Source: Vicugna vicugna (Eukaryota). From it: a stretch of DNA of 64,000 bases. Position 1 is the first letter of the stretch, and each line of letters opens with the position of its first letter. Both the position numbers and the translations under genes were made by a program. Below, in pieces: positions 37,801-48,249 of this stretch. The notes under the pieces are model-generated. The model was not told the DNA's origin, did no database searches, and saw nothing but the letters and a program-made list of their open reading frames with translations. The stretch is taken from the NCBI GenBank assembly GCA_013265495.1, contig MU058252.1, forward strand, positions 310,001 through 374,000, read 5' to 3'.

Positions 37801-40800
37801 CTCCAGGGCGTGGTCTTCTGCCTGCTGGGGGCCCAGCCGCTGCTGGTAGTCGGCTTCTCGGGGCCCCTGCTGGTCTTCGAGGAGGCCTTCTTCTCGGTGA
37901 GGGTCCACGGGCCACTTGGGATGGCTCTTCTGGCCCAGCTCACCTGCCCTTCCTCTTCCCTCAACACTCTACCCACTCCCACCATGTTAGCCCCCAGGCT
38001 CTGAACCTGACTGTGCCCTTCCCCACTCCCTCTCCCCCAGTTCTGCAGCAGCAACAACCTGGAGTACCTGGTGGGCCGGGTGTGGATTGGCTTCTGGCTG
38101 GTGCTCCTGGCCTTGCTCATGGTGGCCCTGGAGGGGAGCTTCCTGGTGCGCTTTGTCTCCCGTTTCACCCAGGAGATCTTTGCCTTCCTCATCTCCCTCA
38201 TCTTCATCTACGAGACCTTCTACAAGCTGGTTAAGGTGGGCAGGCCCTGATGATAACTGGGCTGGGAGGCGCGAGCCTTTGGGACCTAGAGGGAGCCAGG
38301 GGTGTCCTGCCCCTTTCTGTTCTCTCCTCCAAGCGTGAGGCCAGGCTGCCCTCAGAGCCCCCTTGGGCTGCAGCCCAGAACCCACAGCCAGGGCGTGGGC
38401 TGGTCCTGCCTCCTGCCCACCACGCCCACCCTCCCCGTCACCAATGTACACACCAGGGCTTCAGATCAGTCTTAAAAACTCATATATTTTTAACAACAAA
38501 GAAAACTTACGCTTTTGTCAAACTGGCAAATGACCCAGAATGTCCAACGGGAAGGTCCCCAAGATGACAAACACGGTCACAGTCTGGGCATCAGACTCAT
38601 GTCTGTGTGTCAGGATCAGAAGTGTGGCCTCATGGCCTGCCACACTCCACATGCTGCTCTTCCAAGCTGGGCTGGAGCCATGTTCCTAGCTGCCTTCCCG
38701 AATTAGACCAGCATCTCTCTTAATGCCCAGTTGTCCTATGCTCACATCTGGTCACCTTGGTCAATCAATAAGACAAACTCCTTGAGGGCAGTCCGGCCCC
38801 AACACCCCACCTGTCCCGCTCAGTGTACAGCTGAGTCCCAGAAATGTTGCCAGTTTAGCTGATGGAATCCTTTGTCCTCTCCCCAGATCTTCCAGGAACA
38901 CCCTCTCCACGGCTGTTCAGTCTCTAATAGCTCCGAGGCAGACAGTGGCGAGAACATCACTTGGGCCAGGGCAGAAGCCACACTGGGGCCGGGGAATGGG
39001 AGCTCAGCCAGGCCGTCTGGGCAGGGGAGGCCTCGGGGCCAGCCCAACACGGCCCTGCTGTCGCTGGTGCTCATGGCTGGCACCTTCTTCATCGCCTTCT
39101 TCCTGCGCAAGTTCAAGAACAGCCGGTTCTTCCCTGGCCGGGTGTGTGGGCTGGAGGGAGGCAGGGGCTAGGGGTGGGAAGAGAGGTGATTCAGAGTCAG
39201 GGCTGGAGCGAGATGTAGGGCCTCTGAGTGTGGTGCTTGCCCACAGGTACGGCGAGTGATTGGGGACTTCGGGGTGCCCATCGCAATCCTCATCATGGTG
39301 CTTGTGGATTACAGTATTGAGGACACCTACACCCAGGTACGGTGGAGCACATGCAGCAGTGAGGTGTTGCCTGGGGCAGGACTCGACATTCCCCTCTAGG
39401 CCCCCGACTCCCGAGCTGCCTCTAAACTGTGCAGACACCAGGCCTTTCCCACAGCATGCCCTCCCAGTGCAGCTCAGGGCACCCCCTCCAAGGTTCACCG
39501 GCCTCTGGCCCCACCCTCTGCTCTGCAGAAGCTGAGCGTGCCCAGCGGAGTCTCCGTGACAGCCCCAAAGAAGCGAGGCTGGGTCATCAACCCCCTGGGG
39601 GAGAACAGCTCCTTCCCCGTGTGGATGATGGTTGCCAGCCTGCTGCCTGCCATCCTGGTCTTCATCCTCATCTTCATGGAGACGCAGATCACCACGTGAG
39701 TTGTCCTAGCAGAGGGTGTGCTGTGCAGACAGGCACGACCTTGTGTGTGGAGCGGTTGGAGCCCCCACTAGGCTGGCTGCTGGAATTTACTTTGTAGGCA
39801 GCAGAAAATCCCACTGATGTTTGCTCAGATAGGCACAGGTCAGGCTGGTAGCTGTCCTAGAGTGTGGGGAGGGCCACTCAGATAAGACTCAGCTCCATGA
39901 TGGAACTCCCATCCTGACGGAATGGGCAGGGACCGCCAGGTTCCAAAAAGAGACGAAGGTGACTGGCTGGTGACTGGTGTCTGAAAAGACGAGTAAGTTG
40001 TTGGGCTCAGTGAGTGCCTGTCCTCGCTCAGGCTGATCATCTCTAAGNNNNNNNNNNNNNNNNNNNNNNNNNNNNNNNNNNNNNNNNNNNNNNNNNNNNN
40101 NNNNNNNNNNNNNNNNNNNNNNNNNNNNNNNNNNNNNNNNNNNNNNNNNNNNNNNNNNNNNNNNNNNNNNNNNNNNNNNAATGCGCTCACTGTCATGAGT
40201 AAGGCTGTGGCACCGGGGGATAAGCCCAAGATCCAGGAGGTCAAGGAGCAGCGGGTGACGGGGCTGCTGGTTGCCGTGCTCGTGGGTATGCTCACCTCTT
40301 GTCCCTACCCTTCCAAGAGGGGTCTCCAGGCCACTGGGGGTGGGGAGCCCCTGGCCAACTGTTCCTCTTCCTCCTCCCCCAGGCCTCTCCTTGGTCATCG
40401 GGGATCTGCTCAGGCAGATCCCCCTGGCTGTGCTCTTTGGTATTTTCCTGTACATGGGAGTTACCTCCCTCAATGGGATCCAGTTCTATGAGCGGCTGCA
40501 CCTGTTGCTCATGCCACCCAAACACCACCCAGACGTCACCTATGTCAAGAAGGTGAGAGCTGGCTCGGAAGGGCCCCGGGCCTCTGCCCTCTCCTGGTCT
40601 GTGCTGGTCACCCTCCAGCCCCCCAGCTACTCGCTTTGGCCAGCAACTGTTCAGTCTGTGCAGACCTGGCCCTGGGAAGCACCAAGAAGGCACTTCTGTC
40701 CCCTCCCCTGTGGAGGGGAGAGGGCTTATCCATCCTTTGGCAGGCCCAGGTGGCCCTCTGGGGACCAGGGTCCTTGGAGGCTGGGGAGAAGCCTGGGCTC

Positions 40801-41187
40801 ACCTATCTCGCCCTGCCCCCACTCCCAGGTTCGGACCCTCCGAATGCACCTGTTCACGGCCCTGCAGCTGCTCTGCCTGGCCCTGCTCTGGGCTGTCATG
40901 TCCACAGCTGCCTCCCTGGCCTTCCCCTTCATCCTCATCCTCACGGTGCCACTCCGCATGGTAGTGCTCACCCGGATCTTCACCGAGCGAGAGATGAAAT
41001 GCGTAAGGCCTCCCACCGTTCCTCCCCAGCCCCGCAGGCCCCCTCCACGGTCCTTGCCAAGAGTTCACGGTCAGTGTCAACCATCCTCTGTCCTCCCCCC
41101 ACACAGCTGGATGCTAATGAGGCGGAGCCGGTGTTCGATGAGCGGGAGGGTGTGGACGAGTACAATGAGATGCCCATGCCCGTGTAG
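28820..41187 (+). CDS. SLC4A2: Anion exchanger 2 (AE2a), 1237 aa
   Basis: Exons: 28820-28870, 30621-30786, 30950-31191, 31272-31390, 32900-33132, 33230-33372, 34469-34649, 36004-36139, 36226-36391, 36520-36634, 36762-36946, 37075-37300, 37452-37667, 37748-37896, 38041-38235, 38887-39141, 39247-39336, 39529-39695, 40032-40285 (contains an N-gap), 40383-40552, 40829-41002, 41107-41187 (3714 nt total). Motifs: [29 protein letters not shown]-terminus [10 protein letters not shown]. Confidence 0.97.
29506..29529 (+). CDS. SLC4A2: AE2b2 alternative first coding exon (MDFLLRPQ)
   Basis: gccATGGACTTCCTTCTGAGGCCTCAG|gtgcga. Phase 0, compatible with exon 30621, and matches the known AE2b2 N-terminus. 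Confidence 0.88.
30028..30036 (+). CDS. SLC4A2: AE2b1 alternative first coding exon (MTQ)
   Basis: ATGACTCAG|gtgggg. Phase 0, and matches the known AE2b1 N-terminus. Confidence 0.82.
31465..31650 (+). mobile_element. MIR
   Basis: TTGGGCAAGT....TCTCTGAGCCCCGGTTTCCTCATCTATAAA core. Confidence 0.7.
33536..33760 (-). mobile_element. L1 3' end fragment
   Basis: TTTTTTTCATTGAA.GATAGTTGAT...GGTGTACAACATAGCGATT pattern. Confidence 0.6.
33990..34240 (-). mobile_element. Old L1M 3' fragment
   Basis: TTTTTATTGTGG...AAATTCACT...TTAAGTGTGCAG pattern. Confidence 0.5.
40048..40179. other. Assembly gap (132 N) in SLC4A2 exon 20
   Basis: Run of N. Confidence 1.
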
Positions 41188-41315
41188 CTGCTACCTGGAC
41201 GGACAGCTGAGGAGCGGACGGACAGAGGGAACGGGCTGGGGGTGCTCTCCTCATCCTCCTCCCTCCTCATTTTTATTTAAGTGAATAATTTAAAGTCCCC
41301 CTCCCCACCCCTCGC

Positions 41316-41321
41316 AGTAAA
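41316..41321 (+). terminator. SLC4A2 variant poly(A) signal AGTAAA
   Basis: The only PAS-like hexamer I found in the short 3' UTR; it follows an AU-rich upstream element. Confidence 0.55.
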
Positions 41322-41460
41322 GTGCTTCGGCCCCCACCTGTCCTTGGCCTTCTGTCTGTACGTGAGCGTGTGTGTTGTCCAGGCATGAATGGAAAAGAGG
41401 TGGGGAAACGCAGCCCACTCTATCCCAGAAAGGAGAAGTGCAGTGGGGAAGGAAAGGGGC

Positions 41461-41466
41461 TTTAAT
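41461..41466 (-). terminator. FASTK poly(A) signal ATTAAA
   Basis: ATTAAA on the - strand about 80 nt after the stop codon. Confidence 0.65.
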
Positions 41467-41547
41467 GACAAATCAAAACAGAAGGAGCCAAAGTGCAAAT
41501 TGTCCACCCCCCATAGGGGGGCCATCCTGAACCCTGTGTCTACCCCC

Positions 41548-44500
41548 TCAACCCCCTTCAGGCCCCCAGCGGAGGCCCAAGGCCTGGAGCTTCTGCCTCA
41601 GGTAGCTCTTGAGCTGGGGCAGACCTCTCTGTGACTCCAGTTCCTCGAAGGGTAGCTGCAGGGGGAGAGAACAACAGGTTATCCTTAGGGCCTGCGGGGG
41701 GGTGGGGGACAGTGAGGATGCACACGAAGTGTCCCGAGGGGAGGGGAGGGGATGGGCGAGGCCCTCACCGGCAGGAGCTGGTAGCCCATCAGACCCAGGT
41801 GCCGCTCCCGCAGGGCCCGGGAGCCCAGCAGCACTCTGCCGTCCCTGCAGTAATGCCAGCGTTCCCGCAGCATCAGCACCACTCTAGAGAGGAAGCGACT
41901 GCGGCTCAGAGTCGTTGTGCACCCAGGCAGCTGAGGCTCTCCCATCCTCTCCCCTTACCTTTGGGCAGGGTCACGGGTTGTGTGGGGACAGGACCTGGGA
42001 GGATATGGTAGGAAGGGGTCCTGGGTTCTCACAGGAAGCACAGCACCAGAGCTGCTGACACACAGCAGGAAGTCTGCAGGGCAGGGAGAGAAAGAGCCAC
42101 TGGTTTTTAGCAGACGAGGCTCTGTGTTCTGGGGAGCCACTAGCCCATCTGGAGCTCACCTGTGCAGTAGCCTGGAGGCACGGTCAGGTCCTGCCGATAC
42201 TTCTCCTCCCCCAGGAGCTGGCGCAGTCCCTCTGCCACTATATCCTTGTGACTGAGAAGGAGAGGAACACCGGTATCAGGAAGGCCCCCAAACACTTTTC
42301 GAGCCAGGTCCCAGCTAGTTCTGCACCCCTGGGAAACACCTTCACTGCTTCGCTCTCTTTATGACTGCTGAGAGGGCATCAGCACGGACAAGTGACGGTC
42401 CCCCAGGCTTTGCTACTCTGTGCTTCTTGTGGACCAGTCCCCTTCCCTTCCCNNNNNNNNNNNNNNNNNNNNNNNNNNNNNNNNNNNNNNNNNNNNNNNN
42501 NNNNNNNNNNNNNNNNNNNNNNNNNNNNNNNNNNNNNNNNNNNNNNNNNNNNNNNNNNNNNNNNNNNNNNNNNNNNNNNNNNNNNNNNNNNNNNNNNNNN
42601 AGGTAGCGCCGCACAATCAGGGCATGGGGGGTGCCTGCGGGAGAGCAGGACCGAGGCTTACTGGGCCGCAGACCCCCACCCTGCTTTCCCCTGCCCACTG
42701 GCCCTCCGGGACCCAGCCAGCCCTCCCGTTTGCGCACCACTGACGTGGCTGATGAAACCTGGGGAGAAGACAAAGTGCAAGGCTCGGAAGGGCAGGCACC
42801 GCAGCTGGCACAGTGACATCAAGATGTTGACAGTTGCCAGGGGGGCCACCCCTGCTTCCCGAGCCAGGATCCTCTCAAGGCAGGGCATAAACTGCTGTTC
42901 CAGAGGCAAGTAGTTCAGCCGCCCAAAGGGTAGGACCAACTTCTGTACCACCTGCAGAACAAGAGCAGCCCACCACCCAGCAGGAAATGGTCAACATTCT
43001 TTACAAGGTGAACCTCAGGGAGGCTTGGCCTGTAAGCTTATAATGTCCCTGTCCAGGCAGAACAATCCCTCTATTCGACACACACCAAAGGTTCGACAGC
43101 ATAAGCAGTGCTTGAGCCCCAAGGGATTAGTTGCCAAACAAGCAGAGGAGACATCGCTGTGAGATCTGGCCCTGAACACTTAGAAAAGTGGGATCAGTGA
43201 AGCTAAGACAGTGTGCTAAGAGTGCTTGGGGAACTGCTGAGAACCGGGCATCTGGGCTGGGGAGTTGGACAAGTCAAGGAGAGCGTGAGCCAAGATGGAA
43301 CCCCTAGGGGACAGAGCAGAGAGCCTAGCTAGCTTGTCTGCTGCAGGAAGAAGCAGCCAATCAAGCTGGTTGGGGGCTAGTGGGTATCCAAGGATGACTA
43401 GGAGGGGAGATTGGGAAGGTGGGAAGTAATCCCACCTTGCTATTGAGCTGGGCTTCCTGGACCACCAGGAAGTGGGCAATGGCTTCCAGGAGACGGGGTT
43501 CCCGCAACCGGTGGCGGGCCAGGTGCTGGGCCAGGAGCACCATCACATGGGGAGTCAGTTCCTCTGGCCTGGCCTCTGTGAAGAACAGCTTATCACACTG
43601 GGCCCTTGGCCCAGACAGTACCACCTGTGTCCTCAGCTCCCCTCCCGCCCTCCCACCTTTAACCCCCTCCAGCACCTGCCAGGCTGCGGATGAGGTGCTG
43701 CTGCGGATGCCGCAGGAAATGGGGGCAGCTCAGAGCAGCTTCCAACGTTTGCCCACCACGAAGGACAGGTTGCAGAGGGGGAGGTGGCTTCGGAGGGAGG
43801 CGGAACCTTCGCTCCTGCTCCAGGGCACATACCAGGGCCCCATCTGAAGGGAAGCCTGAGAGGGAGAGGGTCAAAGGAGGCAGTCTGCGTAACAAGGAGT
43901 TGCTCTGCTCTGCTCCAGTCCTGGAGTTTAGTTAGTGAATTCCCAACCTTTCTAATCTGTTTTTTGAGCTGGAAGGTTTGCTATAGGAAATGTGTGAATA
44001 CCAGAGAAATGTGAAATACCATGTGAACTAAGGTATCGGAAAGGTCAGTGGGGAAGGCCTTATACAAGGAAGGCAAATAAGTTCTCCTCTCTTGCCAATG
44101 GTGACAAATTGCAGTGGCTTCCTAGAGCACTGTATTAGAAGGGATACAGGGTGGCAACCTAGCTAAGCTGCAATGAATGCTGCTTGACTCATGATGTCTG
44201 CAGTGAACATGGGGGAGCAGCAACAAGTGTGTCAGGGTATGTGCCGTTTCTGGCAAAGCCTGGGAGGTGGGCTTTGATCTGTCAGTGATCTCGGGTCCCC
44301 CACTATTCTCTTTGTCCACTAACACCCACCCCCATACACCCTCCTCACCAANNNNNNNNNNNNNNNNNNNNNNNNNNNNNNNNNNNNNNNNNNNNNNNNN
44401 NNNNNNNNNNNNNNNNNNNNNNNNNNNNNNNNNNNNNNNNNNNNNNNNNNNNNNNNNNNNNNNNNNNNNNNNNNNNNNNNNNNNNNNNNNNNNNNNNNNN

Positions 44501-45612
44501 NNNNNNNNNNNNNNNTGGTGGGCGCGCACCTTGGTAGGGTTCTGGCCCAGCCAGCGCAGCAGCTCCCCAGGGCTCCTCGCCTGTTCCAGAAGCCGCTGCA
44601 GCCCCTGCACAGGGCCTGCATGGGGGCCTCCTCCAGGAGGCCGGTCCCCCCACTTGCTGGGCCCCAGACAGCAGGGCTGTACTGGTGGGAGCAGCAGCAG
44701 GCCAGACAGCCGAGCACTGGAGGCCTGGGCAGAGAGCAGGACTCGAAGCATGGAGTTGGGTGATGGAGACCCTGAGGGGTGGCCCAGAAAAGGGGGTGAG
44801 GTTTTCTCCAAAAGGGAGAAAGACCAGCTATATGCTCCTCACCTCACTTCCCATCCAGTGGGGCCTGGGATCAGAGTAACCCTTTGTGACTACTCTGGTC
44901 CTCATCCCAACCCGCCCCTCTCTGCCTCCTTCCATCCTTTGAAATAGCAATAGTAATCCTTCAGTCTTCTCAGCGCAGGGATATTTACAAAGCAATTCCA
45001 CATGCATTATCTTCTCTGATCCTCCTTACACGCCTATGAAGAGGTAGGCAGGAGTGGCACTACCTCGATTTCACAGGTGGAAAAACCAAGGCCCAGAGAG
45101 GCGAAGGGTTTAAGTTAAGCCCGAGGTCACGAGTCTGGTTAGTGGTCGCGCCCAGCCTGAAGCCCAGCTCGCCCCGACGATACGCCCTCCCGACCACCTC
45201 CCCCTCCCGCAGGAGGCGGCGGCGGCACGGGGAGTGGAACGCGGGCTCCGTAACCGGACGGTCCTGGGTTCCATGCTGGGTGCTCCCACTTACCAGCTGC
45301 GTGACCTTGGACAAGTGGCTTCGTCTCTCTGCCCAAGCCGCCTCGCCCGTGAAACGAGGACACGGCGCCCAATTCGGAGGGCGCCCTTGGGCGCAGCTTT
45401 GCAACGGCGCGGAGTCGGCAGTGTCAGAGGCCCCCACACCCACCCGGGGATGCCAGGAGACCGTGGTCACCGTCGCCAACACCAACTCCCGCCGCCCTCC
45501 CGCAGCCCACCCCGCAGGCACCACCCCTACATGGCTCCCCAGGCCCCGCGTAGGTTGCTCCCTCAGTCGGTCTCGGGGCCCGGGAGCCGGGCTCCCCCCG
45601 CGGCCTCCTCAT
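41548..45612 (-). CDS. FASTK: Fas-activated serine/threonine kinase (FASTK-family RNA-binding protein with RAP domain), about 542 aa
   Basis: Minus-strand exons: 45612-45531, 44771-44349 (contains a gap), 43855-43676, 43575-43436, 42951-42738, 42634 to about 42475 (donor in gap), 42251-42160, 42073-41959, 41883-41769, 41655-41548. Peptides: MRRPRGEPG, MLRVLLSAQ, VVQKLVLPFGRLNYLPLE, LRERHLGLMGYQLLPLPFEE, WGPEGG*. Confidence 0.95.
42453..42600. other. Assembly gap (148 N) over the FASTK exon 6 donor
   Basis: Run of N. Confidence 1.
44352..44515. other. Assembly gap (164 N) in FASTK exon 2
   Basis: Run of N. Confidence 1.
45000..45130 (-). mobile_element. MIR fragment
   Basis: ATTTCACAGGTGGAAAAACCAAGGCCCAGAGAGG..AAGG core. 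Confidence 0.55.
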
Positions 45613-45900
45613 CGGCAGGCCACCGAGTCCGCCATCTTCCCAGCAGCCCCCGGATCGCCGCCTAGACACCAATCGCGGCAGAGTCCTCAGCCAGCAAGAC
45701 GTGGCTCCCGTCAAGCCCCGCGCGCCCCGCCCCCTGCTTCCGGGAAGCTGCGCGAGCGGCGCCGGGGCAGGGTCGGGGGCGGAGATGGGGGCGGGACCTG
45801 GGCGGGGCCAAAGAGCTAGGCGCTGAGGCTGGGGCGAAAAGGAGGGGAAGTCAGCGGCAGGCCTGGGCAGGTTGGGCGGGGTGAAGTGCCTGGTCTGCAC
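45130..45900 (-). promoter_or_regulatory. FASTK CpG-island promoter
   Basis: CpG-rich, with GC boxes at about 45785-45810 and a YY1 motif AAGATGGCGG (- strand, 45629-45638). Confidence 0.75.
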
Positions 45901-45989
45901 CCTTCATTCCTCTCCCAGTGGGCAAGAGCTCCCCGCCCTCACGGGCCAACACACTCAGACACACACCAAGAGTGAAAACTTCACAGTTA

Positions 45990-45995
45990 TTTAAT
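45990..45995 (-). terminator. TMUB1 poly(A) signal ATTAAA
   Basis: ATTAAA on the - strand about 450 nt after the stop codon, followed by a GU-rich downstream tract. Confidence 0.65.
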
Positions 45996-46442
45996 CTGCA
46001 CGTGTTCCAGAGGACCACCCCCCAACCCCCATCCCCCACTCCCTTTCTCCAGCCCCTCACAGTCTTTGGGTCCCTAAATCAGCCCAAGGAGCTATCAGGG
46101 ACTAGAGGTGGCTGGGTCCTCAGGCAGAACACTAAGAAGGGCCCAGGGGCGTGGCCCGACTCTGCCCAGGCCCAAGGCAGCGACAGCAACTGTCTGACCC
46201 GGGGGAGCCAACTGTCAATGGGGGCTGAGGGCCTGCAGCCCTGGCAGGTGGCCCAGAGCCATGGAGGTCACAGGGAGGGGTCTCCGCTGGCCCCTCGAGT
46301 GCTCTGCGACGCAGAGCTGGGCTCCAGGGTAGTGGGAAGAGGCAGGTCGGAGAGGCAGGCCTGGGCAGACAGCAGCTCCCACCATGTCGTGGGGAGCAAG
46401 GTCCGGAGGGGCCAGCAACGCTGCCAAGAGCCCGTGGAGGCA

Positions 46443-47469
46443 CTACGGGCGGTACATGGCAAAGGCGAGGAGACTGAGGAGCAGGGTGAAGCCGGCCAGA
46501 CCCAGAGTGGCCGTCAGGGGAAAGAAGGGCCGATACTGGATCTGGCAGTACCAGAGCAGCAGTAGCAGCAGGAGCAGCAGGGGCAGCAGCAGGCTGCCTA
46601 CTTCCAGCCCGGAGGGGCCTGGCTCTGACCCCGGTGGGAAGGGTGGGTGTGGGGGGCCCACTCGTGTGGACACGTGGCAGTGGANNNNNNNNNNNNNNNN
46701 NNNNNNNNNNNNNNNNNNNNNNNNNNNNNNNNNNNNNNNNNNNNNNNNNNNNNNNNNNNNNNNNNNNNNNNNNNNNNNNNNNNNNNNNNNNNNNNNNNNN
46801 NNNNNNNNNNNNNNNNNNNNNNNNNNNNNNNNAGCAATCCTGGCCTCTTGCCCAGAACAACTGCCCCTCCCATCTCTGTCCTCCACCTACCACCCAGGTC
46901 AGGGCCTCCAAGGGGGCCCCTCCTGCTTCAGGGAAACAATACAGTGTGTGATTTGGGGACCTCAGTTCCTCATCTATAAGATGAGAGGGCAGGCTCAGAT
47001 ATCTCTGGTGGCCCTTGCCGGTCTGTGATCATTCCCACCCTACTGTTTGGCCTTTCGTTCCTGTCCTCTTCCCAGCTTACCTTTTCAGGGAGCCAATGGT
47101 GTCGTGGGGCCAGGCCCTGGCCACCTGCTCTGAATCGTTGAGGAATTTCAGCCGTAGCACTAGGGGCTCCTGGGGCGAGTCTTGGGGTGGCGGTGTTGCT
47201 GGGAGACCCATGCCAGGCTCTGGCTGTGCAGCCTGACTTCTGTGTCTCAGGCTGGGGGTCTCAGCTCCTGGGGCCTCCCCTCTGATGCTGTCGGTGACCG
47301 CCATGGCTTCGCTGGGCTGTGTTGGTGTTGGGGCCCCCGACGGCTGAGGCAGTGAATCGGAGCCCTCGGCAGTGTGCGTTGAGACCCAGGCGAGAGCCAG
47401 CACCAGAAGGCAGGCAAGCACCGCGAAAAGAATGGTCACCTCATCACCTACCCCTTCAATCAGGGCCAT
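46443..47469 (-). CDS. TMUB1: Transmembrane and ubiquitin-like domain protein 1 (HOPS), about 246 aa
   Basis: Exon 47469-47081 (MALIEGVGDEV...LRLKFLNDSEQV...GSLKR). The final exon begins inside the gap 46685-46832 and ends with TAG at 46443 (...LLAFAMYRP*), carrying two C-terminal TM segments. Confidence 0.95.
46685..46832. other. Assembly gap (148 N) over the TMUB1 last-exon acceptor
   Basis: Run of N. Confidence 1.
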
Positions 47470-48249
47470 GGCACCTGCCTTGCCCGCTGCGCTACCGAGC
47501 TGGAGAGGCACAAAGAACTCATGAGGGACTGGCTCACCAGCTAAGAGCCCTCCCAACTTCAGGGGGCTCCTGAACCCACCCCACTACAACTCTCCCGAAG
47601 TACTAATTCCCCGGCATGCTTACCTAAGCTCCACCCTGGCGCACAGACTGCTCTGACTCCTAGTCGCCCCAAACTTGCATCGTATGCCCCTTCCCATGAC
47701 CAGATCCCAAGTCCTAATTTTTTATAACCTGAGCTCTAGGTCTTTAACCAGCTCCTTAATTCACCCAAATCCTATTCCGAGGTCAGGGCTTTCACCTTCT
47801 AAGCAACCTCTCTCCTAGTTTCAACCCCCAACAAACTTCACCCCAAAGCTTACCTATTCTTCCCGTTTAGTTCACCCCAAAGTTTACCCACTCCGTCTAT
47901 TTCATCCAAAGCTTATCTACTCCTCCGTCGCAAAAGTTCCTCCAAGGAGGAAGGAAAAAGGTCTCTGTGCATACATACATACACAGACACACAGACACGC
48001 GTGCGCTCTCATCTTGCCCCGTTACCATTTACCCAAACCCCAACCCGCGGCACAGGTCTGATTCTCAAGGCTTCCCCACATCAAACGTCAAACTGTGCCC
48101 TTTGGCAAACTAGAGCCTCCGAAGGTTGCCACCCCTCGCTCAACTCGGCCCATCCTGGTCCACTCAAACCCCACCCCAAGGTGGCCCGACCCCAAGCCTC
48201 CTCTGGGGGCCTATCCAAACCCAGCCTGCAGCAATCTCCCACATCTCGC

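Noticed and set aside
40271-41284. 337-aa ORF
   Set aside because: A composite of SLC4A2 exons 21-22 read in frame through short GC-rich introns.
47470-47556. 29-aa N-terminal extension of TMUB1 suggested by the ORF track
   Set aside because: It begins upstream of the exon 2 acceptor at 47500, so it is intronic and absent from spliced mRNA.
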